Source of the DNA: Crocinitomicaceae bacterium
GTDB taxonomy: Bacteria; Bacteroidota; Bacteroidia; Flavobacteriales_D; Crocinitomicaceae
Assembly (NCBI GenBank): GCA_041303085.1
Contig: JBFYPV010000181.1
Span: forward strand, 1-38,208
Direction of reading: 5' to 3'
DNA: 38,208 bases
Shown here one piece after another: positions 11,801-17,085 of this stretch; within the stretch, counting starts at the first letter, position 1, and every line of letters starts with the position of its first letter. The notes under the pieces were generated by a model. The model was not told the DNA's origin and did no database searches. It worked only from the letters and a program-made list of their open reading frames with translations. A program made the position numbers and the translations under genes.

Positions 11801-12253
11801 AGCGTAGACAACTGTGGTATTGCAAGTGTGGTACTCAGTCAATCGGCCTTTGACTGCTCCAATGTTGGTGAGAACTTCATTACTGTAATTGTTACAGATA
11901 ACTCAGGTAATCAGTCTAATGCAAGTGTACTCGTTACTGTTGTAGCTTCTGATGCTTGTGGTGGAGACCAATGGGCTGGCCCAAGTGTTCCTGATGCCTT
12001 TACACCTAACGGTAACAACTACAACGACACATGGGTAATTCCAGGTCTCGAAGGTTATACGACTAAGTCAATGGAAGTATATAGCCGTTACGGAACAATT
12101 GTTTACAAAGCAGATAACTACGCGAACGATTGGGATGGTACTTTATTGAACACTGGAACACCGGTTCCTGATGGAACTTACTACTACATCCTTACTTTGA
12201 ATGGTGGTAAACAATTGAATGGTTACGTATACGTGAATCGCGTACAGAAATAA
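2837..12253 (+). CDS. Giant (~3,138 aa) mosaic cell-surface adhesin with a T9SS type-B (gliding motility-associated) C-terminal domain
   Basis: Single uninterrupted ORF. I prefer the ATG at 2837 ('[34 protein letters not shown]' signal peptide); alternatives are ATG 2792 and TTG 2759. Domain order, read by eye: N-terminal Ig-like '[13 protein letters not shown]...[11 protein letters not shown]' domain; PKD-like modules ('W(T/S)N(D/S)N(I/T)xxG(L/I)AASGTG'); Big_2-like modules; LCCL-like; SUEL-lectin-like; 21 tandem Ig-like modules; 2 HYR domains; type-B CTD. Confidence 0.9.
   Translation: [3138 protein letters not shown]
4244..4501 (+). other. LCCL-like domain inside the giant adhesin
   Basis: '[65 protein letters not shown]' matches the LCCL core pattern (YGT..Y...SxIC.AAVHAGVI...GG.V.V...PG...Y.GS..NG(V/I).S....W..SF.F). 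The canonical cysteines are absent. Confidence 0.6.
5081..5340 (+). other. SUEL / rhamnose-binding (Gal_Lectin)-like domain inside the giant adhesin
   Basis: '[72 protein letters not shown]' matches the Gal_Lectin pattern (I..I.FASFGTP.G.CG.F..G.CHA..S...V...C.G...C.V...N..FG.DPC.GT.K.L.V). Several framework Cys are replaced. Confidence 0.6.
6464..11230 (+). repeat. In-frame tandem array of 21 Ig-like modules of ~70-80 aa (14 'TTFCxGGSVTL...GCSATSA...VTVNALP' type, 7 Big_2-like 'CxGSTTxL...GGxWSSSNxxVATV...GxVTGVSAG...ITYT...NGCTN' type)
   Basis: Counted by eye from the translation. Each module ends in (N/T)xLP and carries two Cys. With A = FCxGG type and B = Big_2-like, the order is A B B A A A B A B A A A B B A A A A A B A. 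Three further Big_2-like modules lie upstream (about 3775-4200 and 6235-6463). Confidence 0.8.
11234..11704 (+). other. Two tandem HYR domains
   Basis: '[10 protein letters not shown]...[61 protein letters not shown]' followed by 'NSAPTVQAP...[61 protein letters not shown]'. This is the classic HYR pattern D..P......C......v.w..P.atDNc......G..fp.G.T.V.y.a.D..GN. Confidence 0.7.
11981..12250 (+). other. T9SS type-B C-terminal sorting domain (gliding motility-associated CTD, CHU_C type)
   Basis: '[90 protein letters not shown]' matches the FTPNGDGxND...I.NRWG..V....NY.N.WDG......LP.GTYYY......G.v.l.R signature. Confidence 0.85.
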
Positions 12254-12275
12254 TAATAAGACTAGACCTCTAGAT

Positions 12276-13196
12276 ATGAAAAAGATCAATAGCATCATTT
12301 TGACATTAGGCGTTGTGTTAGTTGGCTTCAGCTCACAAGCACAAGATCCAAATTACCGTCAAAATCAGTTCAATGCCCTCATGTTGAATCCTGCACAAGC
12401 TGGTGCAAATAGTTATAACGACATCTCAACACTTGCCAACTCTCAATGGACTGGTTTGCGTGGTGCGCCAAAGACAATAACTGTTTCCGGGAATTTCAAT
12501 ATCATGAAAAACTTCGGCTTAGGTGTTTCTTTGCTTCAAGATGAAATAGGCCCTGTAAAATCTACGCAGTTTGCTGTAAATGGCGCTTATCACCTCAAAT
12601 TGAGCCCGAAATGGCGCTTTTCTTTGGGTATTCGTGCAATGGCATTGAATACTACAGTAAACCTAACAGATTTGGTGACTACAGTAGGCAATGACCCAGA
12701 CATGATGAGCAACCTTTCTACAGGGATGCAGTTCAACGCTGGTTATGGTGCTTTGCTTTATCACAAGAACTTCTATTTAGGCTTTTCTCAGGTTCGTGTA
12801 GCTGGTTTGAGTTTCAAAGACCGCAACATGAGTCTTTTCGTTGAAAACCGCGGTGGTTACGTGGGTTATGTAGGCGGAAATGTAAAATTAGGTTCTGCTG
12901 TAACATGGCGTCCGAATGTTGTAGGTCGTTACATGCAAGGTTTGCCTTACACAATAGACTGCAATATGATTTTTACACACAAAGTCGGTCTTGATTTTGG
13001 TGCTTCTTATCAAGTGAACAGCGCAATTGGTGGTATCGTAGGTTATGACTTTGGGAATAAATTTTATGTGGGTTACTCATATACTTTCCCGTTGTCAAAT
13101 TTAAACACGGTTACCATTCAGTCGCATGAATTGGCCTTACGCTACAAGTTCAACAACAGCGCTAGCCGTTGTCAAGGACCTCGCTTTTTCAATTGA
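12276..13196 (+). CDS. PorP/SprF-family T9SS outer-membrane protein, presumed cognate partner of the upstream type-B cargo
   Basis: Signal peptide followed by the hallmark N-terminal 'AQDPNYRQNQFNALMLNPAQAG' motif. The ~300-aa beta-barrel-like sequence ends '...HELALRYKF'. The start is 22 nt after the giant gene's stop. Confidence 0.85.
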   Translation: MKKINSIILTLGVVLVGFSSQAQDPNYRQNQFNALMLNPAQAGANSYNDISTLANSQWTGLRGAPKTITVSGNFNIMKNFGLGVSLLQDEIGPVKSTQFAVNGAYHLKLSPKWRFSLGIRAMALNTTVNLTDLVTTVGNDPDMMSNLSTGMQFNAGYGALLYHKNFYLGFSQVRVAGLSFKDRNMSLFVENRGGYVGYVGGNVKLGSAVTWRPNVVGRYMQGLPYTIDCNMIFTHKVGLDFGASYQVNSAIGGIVGYDFGNKFYVGYSYTFPLSNLNTVTIQSHELALRYKFNNSASRCQGPRFFN

Positions 13197-13215
13197 TTTA
13201 CCTTAACTGAACTCC

Positions 13216-15153
13216 ATGCGTTTTTGGCTCGCAGCTTTTTTCGGAATTACGATTACGTCTTTACTTCATGCACAAGGTGTTGAATTAAAATCGGCATGTT
13301 TCAACACGCCGTACGATGACTTTGCGGCCAGACAGTATGGTGGTACAATCTATGTATTGTCGGCAGCAATAAACGCTTGCGATGATGTAGATATGGATGA
13401 ATTCGCTAAGAAGCCATTTTCAGATTTGTATGTAGTAGATAGTTGTAAGCTCAAGCAAGCCACTATTCTAAGCGCAAGTGAGAAGTCTCAAATGATGTTG
13501 AGTACTTGTTACTACGACGGGCCTGTAGCGTCCAATGCGGCTCAGGATATCCTGTTTTTTACAAATAATCAAGGATCTGATAAAAATCAAACCCTTACCA
13601 TTCACTATTCGACTAAGAATGCAAAAGGAGAGTGGTCAGCACCAGTTGCCTTTGCTTATAACAACGACGCCTACAACACTACCCATCCCTTCTTTGACGA
13701 TAAAAGCAATACGCTTTATTTTGCCTCAGATATGCCTGGTGGCCTAGGAGGAATGGATATCTATAAGTGTACTTTTCAAAATGGAAAGTTCGGTCCAAAA
13801 GAAAGCGTTCGTGGTGTAAACACAGACAAAAATGATGTTTTCCCAGCTTTTCAGAACGGTAAATTATACTTTAGCTCACAGGGACATCAAACTATAGGAG
13901 GCTATGATTTATTCGTTGTAGAGAACCTTGAAGTTAAATCCATGGGCGCGCCTTTCAATACGGCCTATGACGACCTCGCAATTTTCTTTACAAGTGAGAA
14001 GCAAGGTTTCATGACATCTAATCGTGCCACTACTGGTGCAACCGATGACATCTACTTGTTTACAATCAAAGAAAAGTTCATAGACATTCCGCTTGACTAC
14101 GTGGTGAAGGATATGCAATTTGGAGCGCCAATTGAAGGTGTAGCAGTTCGCATCGTTGACGATTCTACGGGGATGGTTCTTTTTGAAGGCACTACTGATG
14201 CGCTTGGTGGACTTTCTCAAGTGCTCGATAGCATACTCATCGGAGAAAATATACGTATCAAAGTTTCGTTGGAGAAGGAAGGATATGCTTCTAAGGAGGT
14301 TACTTTCAATATTTCTGCCAAAGATTCTACAAAAATCAATGTGAGAGATTTAGTTAATCTTGACTTAGAGCCATTGCTTCAGGATATGGAGATTACTGCT
14401 TTACTCGGTTTGAAGTCTATTTATTACGATTTTGACAAAGCAGACCTCAGACCAGACGCCATTATTGAATTGGATAAAGTCGTTCGTTTCATGAACAAAC
14501 ATCCAAAAATTGAGGTGGAATTAGGTTCACACACAGACTGTCGTGGCGCTGCTATTTACAACCAAGATTTATCAGATCGTCGTGCTAAGAATGCTGCAAT
14601 CTATATTCAATCGCGTATTTCTAGTCCTAATCGCATCACCTACAAAGGTTATGGTGAAGCTCAATTGCGCATAGATTGTCCGTGTGAAGGCGGTCAGAAG
14701 TCACAGTGTTCTGAACAAGAGAACCAACTGAATCGCCGTACGGAGTTTGTCATCCGAGGTTTGAATATCTCAACAGGAACAGATCAAGTCAAACCAAAAG
14801 GTGGTGTGCAAGGTGGCAATATGAATTTCAAAGTTGATGACGGACCTAAACCTGATTACCGTTTAGATGGCATCTCTAATGAGTCAGGTGTTCACTTCCG
14901 CGTACAGGTTGAGTCGGCTAAGGTTCAAATTCCTAATCCAACCATTCACTATAACCGTGAAGACGTTTATGAATATGAACTCGATGGTTACTACAAGTAC
15001 TGTTTAGGTATGCCAGTGAAGTCTATAGACGATGCTTTGGCACTGCAAAATCAATTGCGCAATGCTGGTTTCACAGGTGCGTTTGTTGTTGCTTTCAACG
15101 ACAGAACCCGCATTACCTTAGACATCGCAAGAAAGTTGTTGTTGGGTCAATAA
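13216..15153 (+). CDS. OmpA-family peptidoglycan-binding protein, PG1058-like: PD40/TolB-like propeller repeats, CarboxypepD_reg-like domain, OmpA_C-like domain, C-terminal SPOR-like domain
   Basis: Signal peptide 'MRFWLAAFFGITITSLLHAQ'. PD40-like repeats ('TLYFASDMPGGLGGMDIYKC', 'KLYFSSQGHQTIGGYDLFVV', 'TTGATDDIYLF'). OmpA_C core at ~14419-14760 ('IYYDFDKADLRPD...LGSHTDCRG...NQDLSDRRAKNAAIYI...GYGE...NRRTEFVI'). SPOR-like tail at ~14890-15120 ('HFRVQVES...DGYYKYCLG...ALALQNQLRNAGFTGAFVVAF'). The start is 19 nt after the porP/sprF-like stop. Confidence 0.85.
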   Translation: MRFWLAAFFGITITSLLHAQGVELKSACFNTPYDDFAARQYGGTIYVLSAAINACDDVDMDEFAKKPFSDLYVVDSCKLKQATILSASEKSQMMLSTCYYDGPVASNAAQDILFFTNNQGSDKNQTLTIHYSTKNAKGEWSAPVAFAYNNDAYNTTHPFFDDKSNTLYFASDMPGGLGGMDIYKCTFQNGKFGPKESVRGVNTDKNDVFPAFQNGKLYFSSQGHQTIGGYDLFVVENLEVKSMGAPFNTAYDDLAIFFTSEKQGFMTSNRATTGATDDIYLFTIKEKFIDIPLDYVVKDMQFGAPIEGVAVRIVDDSTGMVLFEGTTDALGGLSQVLDSILIGENIRIKVSLEKEGYASKEVTFNISAKDSTKINVRDLVNLDLEPLLQDMEITALLGLKSIYYDFDKADLRPDAIIELDKVVRFMNKHPKIEVELGSHTDCRGAAIYNQDLSDRRAKNAAIYIQSRISSPNRITYKGYGEAQLRIDCPCEGGQKSQCSEQENQLNRRTEFVIRGLNISTGTDQVKPKGGVQGGNMNFKVDDGPKPDYRLDGISNESGVHFRVQVESAKVQIPNPTIHYNREDVYEYELDGYYKYCLGMPVKSIDDALALQNQLRNAGFTGAFVVAFNDRTRITLDIARKLLLGQ

Positions 15154-15160
15154 TCCTGGC

Positions 15161-16294
15161 GTGATGCTGCATTCCAAGCTCCCAAATGTCGGGACAACCA
15201 TCTTCACCACCATGTCAGCATTGGCTGTCAAGCACAATGCCATCAATTTAGCGCAAGGCTTTCCTAATTTTGCTATCGATTCGCAATTACAAAACTGCTT
15301 AATTGAAGCAGCAAACGCAAACGCGCATCAATATGCGCCGATGGCAGGATTACTCGCTTTGCGTGAACAAATTGCTGCGTTAGTCGAAAAGCAATACAAT
15401 AGATCGCTTGGGCCAGATCAAGTCTTAGTTACAGCAGGCGCAACACAAGCCATTTTTACGGCCATACAAGCACTTGTGCATGCCGGAGAAGAAGTTGTAA
15501 TCCTAGACCCGAGTTACGACTGCTACGAAGCGCCTATACGCTTGTCTGGCGCTCGGCCTGTTCGCATACCTTTGGGCCCAGATTTCAAACCCGACTGGAA
15601 CCGAATTGCGGCAGCTATTACGCCGCAAACAAGAATGCTCATTACCAATAATCCGCATAATCCGAGCGGTACCATTTGGGATGGCCAAGATTTTCTGGCC
15701 TTAGAAGCACTCATGCAAGCGCATCCGAACTTATTGTTGCTTTCAGATGAAGTGTACGAGTATATTTCCTTCGAGGAGCAATTTAGATCCATCAATGAAT
15801 TCGCTTCCATTCGGGAGCGCGCCATCATTGTTTCTTCGTTTGGCAAGACTTTTCATATTACGGGCTGGAAAGTAGGGTATCTGATTTGTAGCCCTGAGCT
15901 CATGAAAGAAGTTCACAAAGTGCATCAGTTTTTGGTGTTTAGTGTGAACAGTATAGCACAACATGCACTTTCTGCTTATTTAGATCGGGTAGATGTCAAT
16001 TTACTCGGTTCATTTTATCAGCAAAAACGCGATTTCTTTCGGGCTGGCTTACTCAAAAGTCGGTTTGAATTACTACCTGCGCAAGGAAGTTATTTTCAGG
16101 TGGCTTCTTTTGCAGCGATATCAGATCTTCCAGACACCCGCTTTTGTGAAGAACTAACAATTGAACACGGTGTGGCCGCTATACCACTATCTGTATTTAA
16201 TGAAGATGGTGCAGATCGCAAATTGATCCGCTTTTGTTATGCAAAAACGACAGAAACACTGCAGGCAGCAACAGAAAGATTATGCAAGATTTAA
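15161..16294 (+). CDS. ybdL: PLP-dependent aminotransferase, YbdL-like (methionine/glutamine transaminase family)
   Basis: Collinear with my recollection of E. coli YbdL from the N-terminus ('SKLPNVGTTIFTTMSALAVKHNAINLAQGFPNF') to the C-terminus ('EHGVAAIPLSVF...KLIRFCYAK'). The PLP-lysine motif 'SSFGKTFHITGWKVGY' is present. GTG at 15161 or ATG at 15164. Confidence 0.85.
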   Translation: MMLHSKLPNVGTTIFTTMSALAVKHNAINLAQGFPNFAIDSQLQNCLIEAANANAHQYAPMAGLLALREQIAALVEKQYNRSLGPDQVLVTAGATQAIFTAIQALVHAGEEVVILDPSYDCYEAPIRLSGARPVRIPLGPDFKPDWNRIAAAITPQTRMLITNNPHNPSGTIWDGQDFLALEALMQAHPNLLLLSDEVYEYISFEEQFRSINEFASIRERAIIVSSFGKTFHITGWKVGYLICSPELMKEVHKVHQFLVFSVNSIAQHALSAYLDRVDVNLLGSFYQQKRDFFRAGLLKSRFELLPAQGSYFQVASFAAISDLPDTRFCEELTIEHGVAAIPLSVFNEDGADRKLIRFCYAKTTETLQAATERLCKI

Positions 16295-17052
16295 GCATCG
16301 GCATATTGCAATTTGACCAAGTTTGGCAACAAAAGGCAGCAAACTATGCGCGCATTTCTGCCCAATTGAAAGCCTCTCCACAGCTTGATTTACTGCTTTT
16401 GCCCGAAATGTTTCATACAGGTTTTTCAATGGATGTCGGATTTGCAGACGATTGGCAGGCATCAGAAGGGCTACAATTTTTGAAGGAATTAGCTGGACGT
16501 CATCAAATGGCTATTTATACTTCTTTGATGGTACAAGATGGTGGCAAGTATTTCAATAGAGGGGTTTTTGTGTATCCAGATGGTGCGGTTTTGACCTATG
16601 ACAAGCGGAAGGCTTTTGGCTTGGGAGGAGAAGATCAATATTTCAATTCGGGCAACAATGAAGTCATTGTAAGCTACCTTGGTTGGAAGTTGAATCTACA
16701 AATCTGTTATGATTTGCGCTTTCCAGAACTTATACGCAACCGCGTGAATGAAGCCGGCGCAGCAGCTTATGACATTCTTTTAAATATTGCCAATTGGCCG
16801 CAAAAGCGAATTTCGCATTGGGATGCATTGGTTCAAGCGCGCGCAATTGAGAATCAGTGCTATTTTATTGGTTGCAATCGGGTGGGGCAAGATGGCAATA
16901 ACCTTGTTTATAACGGGCATAGCCAAGCTGTCGATTTGTTGGGCAATTATTTACTCGCGCCCCACGAACAAGACGGTTTGAACGTTGTTATTTGTTCAGG
17001 TTCTCAGCTCAATGATGGCCGAAAAATGCTTCCTTTTTTGAAGGACGCATAG
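16282..17052 (+). CDS. yafV: Nitrilase-superfamily omega-amidase (2-oxoglutaramate amidase), YafV-like
   Basis: Start set at ATG 16282 ('MQDLSIGILQFDQVW...', aligning with the YafV N-terminus), which overlaps the ybdL-like stop by 13 nt. The Glu-Lys-Cys triad contexts are present: 'LLPEMF', 'YDKRKAF', 'LQICYDLRFPE'. The 'ANWP...HW..L..ARAIENQ' motif is also present. Confidence 0.85.
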   Translation: MQDLSIGILQFDQVWQQKAANYARISAQLKASPQLDLLLLPEMFHTGFSMDVGFADDWQASEGLQFLKELAGRHQMAIYTSLMVQDGGKYFNRGVFVYPDGAVLTYDKRKAFGLGGEDQYFNSGNNEVIVSYLGWKLNLQICYDLRFPELIRNRVNEAGAAAYDILLNIANWPQKRISHWDALVQARAIENQCYFIGCNRVGQDGNNLVYNGHSQAVDLLGNYLLAPHEQDGLNVVICSGSQLNDGRKMLPFLKDA

Positions 17053-17085
17053 AAATCACTATATTTATTACCAAATTACTCTAAA

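Noticed and set aside
2968-11811. About 25 minus-strand ORFs of 60-146 aa, plus a few plus-strand off-frame ORFs, lying inside the giant adhesin gene (e.g. 11164-11604, 8263-8544).
   Set aside because: They are shadow ORFs. The sense frame is dominated by ACN/GCN/GTN/GGN/TCN codons (Thr/Ala/Val/Gly/Ser), whose reverse complements rarely create stops. Their translations are low-complexity (V/A/T/P-rich), have no start context or motifs, and lie entirely within a 9.4-kb ORF with clear domain structure.
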